From contig JAEWXD010000002.1 of the NCBI GenBank assembly GCA_023396045.1, forward strand, positions 704 through 64,703: a DNA stretch of 64,000 bases. The letters are read 5' to 3'. The translations under genes were made by a program, and so were the position numbers. Numbering within the stretch: position 1 is the first letter of the stretch; each line of letters starts with the position of its first letter. The stretch is from Bacillota bacterium. GTDB lineage: Bacteria > Bacillota > Clostridia > Christensenellales > Aristaeellaceae. Below are positions 53,986 through 63,592 of the stretch, piece by piece. A model generated the notes under the pieces. It was not told where the DNA came from, did not search any database, and saw only the letters and a list, made by a program, of their open reading frames with translations.

Positions 53986-54546
53986 ATGCTAAAAAAATGT
54001 ATAAAACTGCTCCGCGATATTATTGAGGTATATATACCCATGCTGGCTTTATTATGCCTATTTATTGTATTTTTGGTGCAGGTATTCTTTCGTTATATAC
54101 TAAATAACCCCCAAGCATGGACAATGGAAGCCTCTTTGATTTGCTTTGTATGGTTGGTAATGTTTGGTGCAAGCTATGCTCTACGCAAAAAAAGCCATGT
54201 TACTTTTAAACTGGTTTACGACAAATTACCCCACACACAGAAACACATATTAAGTATTGCAGGTAACCTTGTTTTAATAGTGGCCTTTGCAATACTTATT
54301 AAACCAAGTTATGATTTTATTAAATTCATGGACTTTCAAAGCACCTATATTTTTAAAATTAAATTCAGCTTAGTATATGCTCCCATACTCTATTTTATGT
54401 TAGCAACTATAGTATACCAAGCCATAGAGTTATATGAATCCATACTATCCATACGCAAAAAGGAAGATGTTACCATTTTAGATAGAGAAAGCACCGCCTT
54501 ACAGGCTTGGATAGAAAAACACAGCAAAGCAGAGGAGGAAGCATAA
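53986..54546 (+). CDS. TRAP transporter small permease (DctQ family)
   Basis: 4-TM protein located between the DctP and DctM genes. Confidence 0.8.
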   Translation: MLKKCIKLLRDIIEVYIPMLALLCLFIVFLVQVFFRYILNNPQAWTMEASLICFVWLVMFGASYALRKKSHVTFKLVYDKLPHTQKHILSIAGNLVLIVAFAILIKPSYDFIKFMDFQSTYIFKIKFSLVYAPILYFMLATIVYQAIELYESILSIRKKEDVTILDRESTALQAWIEKHSKAEEEA

Positions 54547-54547
54547 T

Positions 54548-55837
54548 ATGAATATTGCGTTAATAGTAGCGATTATAATATTTGCGCTTGCATTTATATT
54601 AAAAATGCCCATTGCCTTGGGAATGATTGCCTCCGGTGCATTTTACTTTTTATTAAGCGATATTCGTCTTGGTTTACAGCAAGTGGCCAATGCAATGGGG
54701 AACACCATTTTTTCCAGCTATGTACTGATTGCTGTGCCATTATTCATACTCTCTGCCAATATTATGAACAGCGGGCAGATTACCAACATGATTTTTAAGT
54801 TTGCAAACGCATTGGTTGGTAGACGCCACGGTGGTTTAGGCCATGTAAATGTATTGGCTTCGCTTATCTTTTCCGGCATGACAGGTTCTGCCATTGCAGA
54901 TGCATCCGGCCTTGGCAAAATGGAAATTCAAGCCATGCGTGAAGCAGGGTATGACGATGCTTTCAGCTGTGCTATTACTGCAGCCTCTGCTACCATTGGC
55001 CCTATTTTCCCACCGTCTATACCGCTGGTAATTTATGCCATGTATTCCAACACTTCTGTTGGTGATTTATTCTTAGGCGGTACGCTACCCGGCGTAATGA
55101 TTGCTTTGGCCTTGGCTGTATATGTAGCTATAGTTGCCAAAAAAAGAAACTATCCGCGTGGCGAAAAAATGTTACTGCGCGACTTTATTTTCTTTACCTT
55201 AAAGGCTTTGCCGGCTCTACTAACCCCTGTGATTCTTTTAATTGGCATTTACACCGGTGTTATGACCCCAACAGAAGCCGGTGCCGTTGCAGGTATTTAC
55301 GCATTGCTTATATCTGTGGTATTCTATAGAAGTGTGGGTTTAAAAGAATTTATTGCTGTAATTAAACAATCTGTAATTGATGTTGGTGGTATTAGTATAA
55401 TGGTAGCGGCTGCCTCCATTATTTCTTATATTGTTGCCAGAGAACAAATTGCCGTTACCCTTGGCAACTGGGTACTAAGCATTACGGATAGTAAGTGGGT
55501 ATTTATTACTTTAAGCAGTATTCTGATTTTAATTTTGGGTATGTTTGTAGACACCAGTGTAATACAATTTATATTCATCCCCATTTTATTACCATTGGCT
55601 ATACAGCTTGATGTGAATTTAATTCACTTTGGTGTATTAACCACGCTCAACATGATGGTTGGCCTTTCTACACCACCTTTCGGAATGTTATTGTTTATTA
55701 CCTCCAATATTAGTGGTACAGATCTAAAGTCTATTATAAAAGAAAACTGGTACCCACTGGCTGCCATGTTTATTGTATTATTACTTGTAACCTATGTGCC
55801 TGCGTTCAGCACGCTGATACCCAGCCTATTAAAATAA
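54548..55837 (+). CDS. TRAP transporter large permease (DctM family)
   Basis: 429-aa polytopic protein with typical DctM segments (GGLGHVNVLASLIFSGMTGSAIAD). Confidence 0.9.
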   Translation: MNIALIVAIIIFALAFILKMPIALGMIASGAFYFLLSDIRLGLQQVANAMGNTIFSSYVLIAVPLFILSANIMNSGQITNMIFKFANALVGRRHGGLGHVNVLASLIFSGMTGSAIADASGLGKMEIQAMREAGYDDAFSCAITAASATIGPIFPPSIPLVIYAMYSNTSVGDLFLGGTLPGVMIALALAVYVAIVAKKRNYPRGEKMLLRDFIFFTLKALPALLTPVILLIGIYTGVMTPTEAGAVAGIYALLISVVFYRSVGLKEFIAVIKQSVIDVGGISIMVAAASIISYIVAREQIAVTLGNWVLSITDSKWVFITLSSILILILGMFVDTSVIQFIFIPILLPLAIQLDVNLIHFGVLTTLNMMVGLSTPPFGMLLFITSNISGTDLKSIIKENWYPLAAMFIVLLLVTYVPAFSTLIPSLLK

Positions 55838-55841
55838 AAAA

Positions 55842-56603
55842 ATGCAACAAAATGATGTAAAAGTAAAGTCCTTAGAAAAGGCACTCAAAATTTTAGAATG
55901 TTTTACGGTAGACCAACCGGAACTTGGTATTGCACAAATAGCAGAAAGCTTGGATTTATACAAAGGCAATGTACACAATATTGTATCCACCTTTGAAAAA
56001 CTTGGCTACTTAGAGCAAAATCCCGTAAATAAAAAGTACCGTTTGGGTATGAATTTGTTGGAATTTACCTATAAAATTAACAGCAACCTAAGCTACCAGA
56101 ATTTTGTGTACAACATTATAAGCGAAATTGCGGCAGAACTTTCTGTGCGTGTGTATTTTGCAGTGCCCAAAAATAATAAGGTATTTTACTTAAACAATGC
56201 GCAATATCCCACTAAGTTTCACGCAACCCCCTACCGTATTATTATTGGGGAAACGGCGCCCATGTATTGCACGGCACTTGGCAAAGCAATGCTTGCTTTT
56301 ATGGATAACAATAAGCAAGCACCTATACTGGCTTTACCGCGCAAAAAATTTACACGCAATACCATTGTAGATGAAGGGGACCTTTTACACGAATTGGAAC
56401 AAATTCGCCTGCAAGGCTATGCGATAGACAATTCTGAACACGAATTTGGCACAAAATGCTTAGCTGTGCCGGTAATTGCCCGTGGTGAAGTGGTTGCGGC
56501 CATCAGTGTTTCTATGGCTACCCCTGAGTTTGATGATGAGCAGATTAACAAATACTACGCCATACTGGCTAAAGCAGCCGGTGAAATTAAAACTTTATTT
56601 TAA
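55842..56603 (+). CDS. IclR family transcriptional regulator
   Basis: N-terminal wHTH (SLEKALKILECF..LGIAQIAESLDLYKGNVHNIVSTFEKLGYLEQ) plus an IclR effector domain. Confidence 0.85.
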   Translation: MQQNDVKVKSLEKALKILECFTVDQPELGIAQIAESLDLYKGNVHNIVSTFEKLGYLEQNPVNKKYRLGMNLLEFTYKINSNLSYQNFVYNIISEIAAELSVRVYFAVPKNNKVFYLNNAQYPTKFHATPYRIIIGETAPMYCTALGKAMLAFMDNNKQAPILALPRKKFTRNTIVDEGDLLHELEQIRLQGYAIDNSEHEFGTKCLAVPVIARGEVVAAISVSMATPEFDDEQINKYYAILAKAAGEIKTLF

Positions 56604-56616
56604 ATAATATCATAAA

Positions 56617-56642
56617 AATACCCCCTATTTTTAGGGGGTATT
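56617..56642. terminator. Bidirectional terminator between iclR and whiA
   Basis: AATACCCCCTA-tttt-TAGGGGGTATT. Confidence 0.85.
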
Positions 56643-56645
56643 GCT

Positions 56646-57572
56646 TTATTCACTTATATATTGCTTGGCCAAGGCGGATATTTTGCGCATTTTATGGTTT
56701 ACACCACTTTTGCTTAAAGGAGGAACAAGCATTTGACCCAGTTGCTCTAAACTGAGCTCCGGATTTTCTATGCGCAAAGCAGCAAAAGTTTGCAGGCTTT
56801 CCGGCAAGGCATCGTGCTGTTGCAAAAGTGCAATATCCTCCAACTGCTTTTGGGCAGCCACCAATGTTTTGTTGATGTTGCTGGTATCACAATTCAGAGC
56901 ACGGTTGATGGAGTTTAGCACCTGTTTTTTAATAATGGTATCCTCTAAATGCATAACGGCTTGGTCTGCACCGATGATGGCCAAAAAGTCGCTGATGTCA
57001 TCTGCTTTTTTTATGTAAAGCAAGGAGCTTTCTCTGCGCAAACTTTGTCTGCACTCTACACCGAAGCTTTTACAAATGCGTTTTAAAATTTTTAAGAATT
57101 GCTCACTTTGAGAAACCAATTCCAAATGGTAACCACTCACAGGGTCTTGCACAGAGCCGCAAACCAAGAAGGCGGCACGCACAAAGGCACGCTTACAACA
57201 AGTTTTTTGCGGCACATATTGAGGCAACATAGAGATTAGATTGCCATCGTAGTCCACCATTTTTAGAGCCACAAGCAGGGGGCTTGCATTGGCACTGCCT
57301 ATATGCAGGCTATATTGGTACTTGCCACCAAAACGCTCATGGCGAACACGTTTGATAACCGGGGTAGTGGAAAACATTTGCCGTATATGCGTAAAAGCAC
57401 GCCTTGCAAGAGCTGCATATTCAAAGCTAAGCTTTACTGCAAAGCGACCTTTGCCTTCAAACAGCAAAGCACCACAGCCAAACATAAAGGAAGCAAGTTC
57501 TGCCAATTTACAGCAATCTTTACTTTCTTCCTCCCGAATAAGTGCCAGTTTGCACTCGCTACTAAAGGACAT
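56646..57572 (-). CDS. whiA: DNA-binding protein WhiA
   Basis: N-terminus SFSSECKLAL; LAGLIDADG-like middle region; C-terminal HTH (LSLEQLGQMLVPPLSKSGVNHKMRKI). Confidence 0.9.
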   Translation of the reverse strand: MSFSSECKLALIREEESKDCCKLAELASFMFGCGALLFEGKGRFAVKLSFEYAALARRAFTHIRQMFSTTPVIKRVRHERFGGKYQYSLHIGSANASPLLVALKMVDYDGNLISMLPQYVPQKTCCKRAFVRAAFLVCGSVQDPVSGYHLELVSQSEQFLKILKRICKSFGVECRQSLRRESSLLYIKKADDISDFLAIIGADQAVMHLEDTIIKKQVLNSINRALNCDTSNINKTLVAAQKQLEDIALLQQHDALPESLQTFAALRIENPELSLEQLGQMLVPPLSKSGVNHKMRKISALAKQYISE

Positions 57573-58437
57573 GGTTTTGCACCCAGAGCGCTTGCTCTGC
57601 TTCTAAATCTCTATGGTTTACACGCGGTGAAAAGTCTTGCATGCGTTTGGCCAGCTCCTCCGCCATGGCTACACTGCGGTGTGCGCCACCGGTACAGCCT
57701 ACGCCAATTACCAAACGCTTTTTGCCCTCTTGCACATAGCAGGGAATTAAAAATTGCAATAAGTCTTGCAGTTTTATAAGTAGGGTTTGGCTGTTGGAGT
57801 TGCCTAATACAAAATTCTGTATACATTCTTCAAGGCCGGTATGGGTTCCCAATTCCTTAATATAAAATGGGTTGGGTAATACACGCACGTCAAACACTAG
57901 GTCGCACTCGTCCGGTATACCACGTTTATAGCCAAAAGACATAATATCCAGCATAAGCCCTGCTTGTTCTTTTTCTACAATTTCGTTAATTTTCTTTTGT
58001 AGGGCTCTGGGTTTTAATTTTGAAGTATCTATCAAATACTTTGCCCGTTCTTTTAAAGGGGCAATTTTTTCTTTTTCTATGGCAATGGCTTTGCGTAAAC
58101 CGATACGGCCATCACTGAGCGGGTGCTCTCTTCGGCTTTCTTGGTAACGGTTTAAGAGTACATCTTCACTGGCATCCAGAAATATCATTTCCAGTTGAAA
58201 GCCATTGCTGGTGGCTGTTTGTACAGTATCCAACAAAGTTTTTGCATCAAAGTTAAAGGCACTGCGTACATCTACACTCACGGCAATATCCTTTTCACTA
58301 TTAGAAAAAGCTTCTAATATATTCCCCAGTACCGATTGGGGAATATTGTCTATACAGGTCATACCCATATCTTCCATATACTTCAAGGCAAGGCTTTTGC
58401 CTGCGCCAGACATGCCGCTTAATAAATACGCTTTCAT
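57562..58437 (-). CDS. rapZ: RNase adapter protein RapZ (YvcJ)
   Basis: P-loop GMSGAGKS; C-terminal IGVGCTGGAHRSV. Confidence 0.9.
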   Translation of the reverse strand: MKAYLLSGMSGAGKSLALKYMEDMGMTCIDNIPQSVLGNILEAFSNSEKDIAVSVDVRSAFNFDAKTLLDTVQTATSNGFQLEMIFLDASEDVLLNRYQESRREHPLSDGRIGLRKAIAIEKEKIAPLKERAKYLIDTSKLKPRALQKKINEIVEKEQAGLMLDIMSFGYKRGIPDECDLVFDVRVLPNPFYIKELGTHTGLEECIQNFVLGNSNSQTLLIKLQDLLQFLIPCYVQEGKKRLVIGVGCTGGAHRSVAMAEELAKRMQDFSPRVNHRDLEAEQALWVQNHVL

Positions 58438-59339
58438 GCAAAATCCCCCATTTGTTTTACTTCAGGCTCTAACTGGTAGCCGGTTTTTTCTTTTACAATG
58501 TTCTGTACTGAATGAATCAATTCCAAATATTCCTTTGCAGTAGCGCCCCCATCGTTTACCAAAAAGCCTGCATGCTTGGTGCTTACACAGCAGCCACCCA
58601 CACGAAAGCCTTTGAGCCCACACTGCTCAATAAGTGCTGAGGCATAATTTCCTTGTGGGCGCTGAAATGCACTGCCACAGGAGGGAATATCTAAGGGTTG
58701 TTTTTCTGCACGGCTGGTGTTATAGGCAAGGCTTTGTGCATGAATTTCTTCTTGATTGCCCTTTTGCAATTGGTAACCCACACCAAGTACAATGGCTTCT
58801 GTATTTTGCAGCGAACTATGACGATACGCAAATTCCATTTGTGCATTATTAAAGCGTACTACTTTTCCCTCTGCATTTAAAAAATCTACAAAAGCAACTA
58901 CATCTTTCATTTCACCACCGTAAGCACCGGCGTTCATTACCACAGCACCACCTACAGTGCCGGGAATTCCGCTGGCAAAGCTTAAGCCAGCCAATGCCTG
59001 CTGCTCTGCAAAAGCGCTAAGTGCTTGCAATGTAGCCCCGCTTTGCGCATAGAGTATAGTATCCCCTTGCAATTCTATATGGGCAAACCGTTTACCCATA
59101 TGTAGCACAATGCCGCGTACACCTTGGTCTGCCACAAGCAAATTGCATCCCTTGCCTATAACATACAAAGGGAGTTTTTTTTGCTTTGCAAAGGCTTGGC
59201 AAAACTTTACATCTTCTATACCATACACTTCTACAAACACATCGGCAGGGCCGCCAATTTGTAAAGAAGTATAAGTTGCAAGGCTTACATTGTATTGCAA
59301 GCCTTGCAATGATTTTAATGCTTCAAATTGTACTTTCAT
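58434..59339 (-). CDS. murB: UDP-N-acetylenolpyruvoylglucosamine reductase
   Basis: FAD-binding PCMH domain (TSLQIGGPADVF, GKGCNLLV); C-terminal GSAFQRP. Confidence 0.9.
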   Translation of the reverse strand: MKVQFEALKSLQGLQYNVSLATYTSLQIGGPADVFVEVYGIEDVKFCQAFAKQKKLPLYVIGKGCNLLVADQGVRGIVLHMGKRFAHIELQGDTILYAQSGATLQALSAFAEQQALAGLSFASGIPGTVGGAVVMNAGAYGGEMKDVVAFVDFLNAEGKVVRFNNAQMEFAYRHSSLQNTEAIVLGVGYQLQKGNQEEIHAQSLAYNTSRAEKQPLDIPSCGSAFQRPQGNYASALIEQCGLKGFRVGGCCVSTKHAGFLVNDGGATAKEYLELIHSVQNIVKEKTGYQLEPEVKQMGDFA

Positions 59340-59346
59340 AAATTCC

Positions 59347-61125
59347 TTAATAATAGGTATAACGGCCTGTTAAACGTGGTAAATCTCTATACATGCCATA
59401 GGCATCTGCGTATACCCTATAACTTTGGCCAATTTCCCATGGAGTTTTAGATTTGTTTTCCAGCAATATACGCAAAGGACGCTCTTCTGTGCCGCAATTC
59501 ATAATGGCAAGTTGTGGGTTTGAAGTAATAATTTCTTCTATTTGGCCAATGCAAACATATTTTTGGCCGGCACGCACACGCTCGTTAATGGTATTGATAA
59601 GCTGGTTGTAGTTGGCATCGTCCATAGCCCAGGCAGAGCGTGAATATTTATCAATATCCGGTACATAGTATACGGTATGCTTAATTTCTGTGGTTTTGCT
59701 GCCGGGTTTGGATGCAGTAAAAACAATTTCATTATCGCCCATTTTATCAAACACAGCTTTAAAACTAAAGCTACCGTCTTTATCTATATTGGTAATATCT
59801 AAATCTGTATGTGGCGTTTGCACCAGAATATAGGCTTCCGGAATGGTAACGGCACGCACTGTCATATAGTCAAAGGTAGAAACAGAGGAAATATCTGCAG
59901 CCAAATCTACCGGAATTTCTTGTTTTTCTCTGTAAATTACCACTTGTTGCACGTTTTCACGGCTATATTGTGCCTTGCAACGAATGGTAAATACATTATC
60001 CCCTACAGGGCGTATGGGGGCGTTAAAGGTAACATTACCATCGTCTGTATTTACGATATCGGAATATTCTTCGTCATTGATCCAAAGTTTACTATTTTTA
60101 CGCACTTTAATATCAATTTTATAAATGGAAGTATATACCGTATCTCTACGAGTTGCCGGCGTAATAATCTCCAGTGGAGAAAGCGGAATATCAATGGTAT
60201 AGCTTACAGGTTCTAAGGGAATATGTTTACCATTGGTTTTACGTATATAAGGGCTAAGACTTACAGTAATGGTATCGTTTACATAATCCCCAAAATTTTC
60301 ATACCAAGTATAATCCGCCACTTCAACGGTAGCATAGCCACCAACCACCATAAAGTTTTTATGCAACTCTTTGATATAGATTTGTGTGCCTTCCTCTCCG
60401 GGAATTTTAATGGTATGGGCAGCGGCATCATTTAAAATAGATGGAATTACGGTAGCCTGATTCGCCAATTTTTCGCTTTCCTGACCTGCTTTTTGAAAAC
60501 GCAGAATAGAAACGGTACTAATGCCAATGGAAAGCAATACCATAGCAATGGGTATAAGCAACAGCATATTAAATTTGCGTTTTAACCGCGTATTATGTGC
60601 TTTGCGCCTATGTGCCTCTGCCCAGAGTTCTGCATTTTGGGGCTCTATGGCGGGCAATTTACCTGTGGGTGGTGCAGGCCTGTTCTCTAATTTTTGGCGT
60701 TGCATTTCCACACTTTCGCTAATGCCCATAAATTCGCCATTCATAGCATCAAAAATTTCACGCACACGGTTTGGATCCCAATCTTGCTCTTCCTGCATGC
60801 CATGCTCTACAATTTCTTCCATTTTAGAGCTGCGTTTCACATTGCTTTGAATAAACTGTTTGGTAAGCCTACGGTTCTTTTCTTGCACACGCTTGCCTTG
60901 CACCGTGCTTTCACGTATATATACCATTTCCTGCGCCAATTTTTCACGGCTGTCGGTTGCTTCGCTTACTTCACCATATTGATCGGGGCGTACATAGATG
61001 GTATTGTTTTCTTTTTTATTAACTTCTTCTAACCAAGAGGGCTGTGCCAGCGGCAAAGGGGTGCCACAATAAAAGCAGTTGATACTACCTATGCGATTTA
61101 ATTTTTGGCAATTAGGGCACTTCAT
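59347..61125 (-). CDS. Bitopic membrane protein: N-terminal zinc ribbon, ~190-aa cytoplasmic region, one TM helix, ~390-aa extracytoplasmic beta-rich region; function unknown
   Basis: MKCPNCQKLNRIGSINCFYCGT; TM MLLLIPIAMVLLSIGISTVSIL. GGAGGA lies 5 nt before the ATG at 61125. Confidence 0.6.
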   Translation of the reverse strand: MKCPNCQKLNRIGSINCFYCGTPLPLAQPSWLEEVNKKENNTIYVRPDQYGEVSEATDSREKLAQEMVYIRESTVQGKRVQEKNRRLTKQFIQSNVKRSSKMEEIVEHGMQEEQDWDPNRVREIFDAMNGEFMGISESVEMQRQKLENRPAPPTGKLPAIEPQNAELWAEAHRRKAHNTRLKRKFNMLLLIPIAMVLLSIGISTVSILRFQKAGQESEKLANQATVIPSILNDAAAHTIKIPGEEGTQIYIKELHKNFMVVGGYATVEVADYTWYENFGDYVNDTITVSLSPYIRKTNGKHIPLEPVSYTIDIPLSPLEIITPATRRDTVYTSIYKIDIKVRKNSKLWINDEEYSDIVNTDDGNVTFNAPIRPVGDNVFTIRCKAQYSRENVQQVVIYREKQEIPVDLAADISSVSTFDYMTVRAVTIPEAYILVQTPHTDLDITNIDKDGSFSFKAVFDKMGDNEIVFTASKPGSKTTEIKHTVYYVPDIDKYSRSAWAMDDANYNQLINTINERVRAGQKYVCIGQIEEIITSNPQLAIMNCGTEERPLRILLENKSKTPWEIGQSYRVYADAYGMYRDLPRLTGRYTYY

Positions 61126-61126
61126 T

Positions 61127-62005
61127 CTATTCCTCCACAATCCATTGATCTGGATTATAGTATATCATACGGTCAAATTGTTCTTTTAAGGATTTTTGTA
61201 CTTTAAAGTCTGCAACGCCATTGGCAAGCCAGCCATGGTCTTGCTGATATTTGCAAATGGCTTTAAAACTGGCTTGGTCAAAATGGGCTGTAATATCGTA
61301 TTCACTGATGTAGTCAAGGGCAGCCAAATGCTTCTGCATGTTTTCTACTGCAAAACCACGATTGCCAAAGCGCATGGTAGTGCCTATGTTTGTGTTTGCA
61401 TAGGTGCCATAGCCAAGAATTTGCCCCTTACCCAGTGGATAGCTGTTGCGCTGCACACGGTCTGGGTTATTGCCCTCTATAACATGCACAATGGTTTCCC
61501 CATTGGTTTGTTCTACATATTCTACAAGCGCCACATGGCTGGTGTTAAAGTTGCCCTCGTAACCCAAGAACATAAAATCACCGGTTTTGGGAACATAGCT
61601 GTTGGTTTCCAGTTTTTGCCCGGTTTCCCAGTACCATTGTGTGCCCCAATTAGGCACACGGCCTGTGCGGTGAATATACCTGCCTTGGCTTAAAAACCAA
61701 TCTCTACCCGTATTTTGACCAGAATACAGGGGATATACATTTTTTAGTAAATGGCTTGCAAAACGCTCGTCTGTTTGGTTTACTGCCCAACACAAAAACT
61801 CTGCACACCATTCGGCTTGTGGGTCGCCTGCCCAAATACCATATTTGCTTGTGCCGTCTTTTTCTTCTATGGTGCCCAATTCTTCCCTTGCAACAGTAAT
61901 AAGGTTTGCAATTTCTGCAGGAGTATCCTTAGTGAGTGAGATATTTTCTGCCTGTGCAAAGCTTACAGACAAAAGGGCAATGAGTAGTAAAAACCATTTT
62001 TTCAT
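61127..62005 (-). CDS. Secreted CHAP-domain peptidoglycan hydrolase with a C-terminal PG-binding domain
   Basis: Signal peptide; Cys motif EWCAEFLCWAV and His motif TSHVALVEY; PG_binding_1-like NMQKHLAALDY...ICKYQQDHGWLANGVAD. Confidence 0.75.
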   Translation of the reverse strand: MKKWFLLLIALLSVSFAQAENISLTKDTPAEIANLITVAREELGTIEEKDGTSKYGIWAGDPQAEWCAEFLCWAVNQTDERFASHLLKNVYPLYSGQNTGRDWFLSQGRYIHRTGRVPNWGTQWYWETGQKLETNSYVPKTGDFMFLGYEGNFNTSHVALVEYVEQTNGETIVHVIEGNNPDRVQRNSYPLGKGQILGYGTYANTNIGTTMRFGNRGFAVENMQKHLAALDYISEYDITAHFDQASFKAICKYQQDHGWLANGVADFKVQKSLKEQFDRMIYYNPDQWIVEE

Positions 62006-62008
62006 GCT

Positions 62009-63592
62009 TTATTTTTTAATATTAAACTCTTCTATACCACGAAATACAGAGTTTTCTCGTATATCTCTGGCATTGGTAAACACTTTACGGGTTAACATGG
62101 AGCCCATTCTATAAAACAAAGGAATAAAAGGCAAATCCTCTGTAAACTGCAGCTGTATTTCCTGCCCTTTGTAAGCAATTTCACTCAGGCCGGTTTGCTC
62201 TCTGTATTCTGCCATAAGGGTGTCCATCTTTTTACTTTTATAACGGCCGAAATTGCCCACTTTTGCATTGCTGCTCATAAGCAAAAAGCCGGGGTCAAAA
62301 GCATCGTCCATTTGGAAGGCAACCAGAGCCATATCAAAAGAATGGGCTTGCAGGTGGGTATGCACTTGGTCTATGCTTTTCAGTTCTATACGCACACTGA
62401 TTTTAAGCCTTTCAAGCATGGATTTAATGCGAAGCGCTGTTTCATAACGCACAGAATTTTCAGGATCTTCATACACAAGCAGGCGCAACGCAAAGTTTGC
62501 AAGATTTCCCTCTTCGTCTATTTTATCTAAAATACCGTCATCATCATTATCGTTCCAGCCAAGATTTTCTAAGGTTTGCCTTGCTTCTTCCAAATTATAT
62601 TGGTAGTAGCTATCAAGATCGGCATACATAAAGCTGGCACTGGGGAAGGGGGTATAAGCCCTGCTTACACGCCCTGCAAAAACACGGTTGCCAATGGCAT
62701 TGAGATCTATGGCCTTCATAATCGCACGCCTTGCCTCTGCATCCTTGAGTCTGTACTCGTTATTATTCAATAGCAGTACTTCCAACTGATTGGTTCTATA
62801 GGGCAAAGAAAGCACGCCTACACCGCTTTTATATTGGGCAGCAGCAAGGGAACGGGTAATGGCAGTATCCAGCCTGCCATATTCAAAATCACTCACTAAT
62901 TTTTTTGTATTTTGGTAAAAGCTGACCAAAATGGTTTCTACCTGCGGGTGTTGTTTCCACCAAGATGCATTGGCTTTGAGCCATAGAGATTTTCCCGGTT
63001 CAAACTGGTCTATTACATAAGGGCCGGAGCCGGCAGGATTTTCTTGCTGCACTTGGTTAGCAGGCACTACAGGAAATGTAAGTGAATAAAGTGAAATAAA
63101 GTAAGGGCGCTCGGTAAGTACGGTAAGCTGGGTTTCACTTGTAGCTTGGAAGCTTTTGATATTATAGCGCATAAGCGAATAATGGCCTTGAGGTAAGCCC
63201 TCTTCGTTCTTAGCACGCTCTAAAATAAAATTACCACTGGCGGCAATATCATAGGCTGTGAGTTTTTGCCCATTACTAAAGCTTACATCGTCCCGAATTT
63301 CAAAATTCAAAGTGTTGCCACCAACATTATCTATATCCTTTGCCAAATAAGGTTCCGGCAAGCCGTTATCTCCTATACGGAGCAAGCTTTCGTACACCAA
63401 ACCATAAAGGCTTACAAAATCTCTGTCTTCCGGTAAAAGCGGCATGAGCTTTGTGGTTTTAGAAGAAATAATACCTACACTCAGGCTATCTTTTACGGTT
63501 TCTGCCTGCACAAAAACAAGCGGCAAACCCAAAAGCAGTGCAAGCAGCACTGCACTAAGGCGTTTCAAAAAAGAGTTTTTTGTATATTGCAT
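62009..63592 (-). CDS. Family-5 (peptide/nickel, OppA-like) ABC substrate-binding protein; orphan
   Basis: Signal peptide; 527 aa with SBP_bac_5-like character. No permease or ATPase genes are adjacent. Confidence 0.75.
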   Translation of the reverse strand: MQYTKNSFLKRLSAVLLALLLGLPLVFVQAETVKDSLSVGIISSKTTKLMPLLPEDRDFVSLYGLVYESLLRIGDNGLPEPYLAKDIDNVGGNTLNFEIRDDVSFSNGQKLTAYDIAASGNFILERAKNEEGLPQGHYSLMRYNIKSFQATSETQLTVLTERPYFISLYSLTFPVVPANQVQQENPAGSGPYVIDQFEPGKSLWLKANASWWKQHPQVETILVSFYQNTKKLVSDFEYGRLDTAITRSLAAAQYKSGVGVLSLPYRTNQLEVLLLNNNEYRLKDAEARRAIMKAIDLNAIGNRVFAGRVSRAYTPFPSASFMYADLDSYYQYNLEEARQTLENLGWNDNDDDGILDKIDEEGNLANFALRLLVYEDPENSVRYETALRIKSMLERLKISVRIELKSIDQVHTHLQAHSFDMALVAFQMDDAFDPGFLLMSSNAKVGNFGRYKSKKMDTLMAEYREQTGLSEIAYKGQEIQLQFTEDLPFIPLFYRMGSMLTRKVFTNARDIRENSVFRGIEEFNIKK

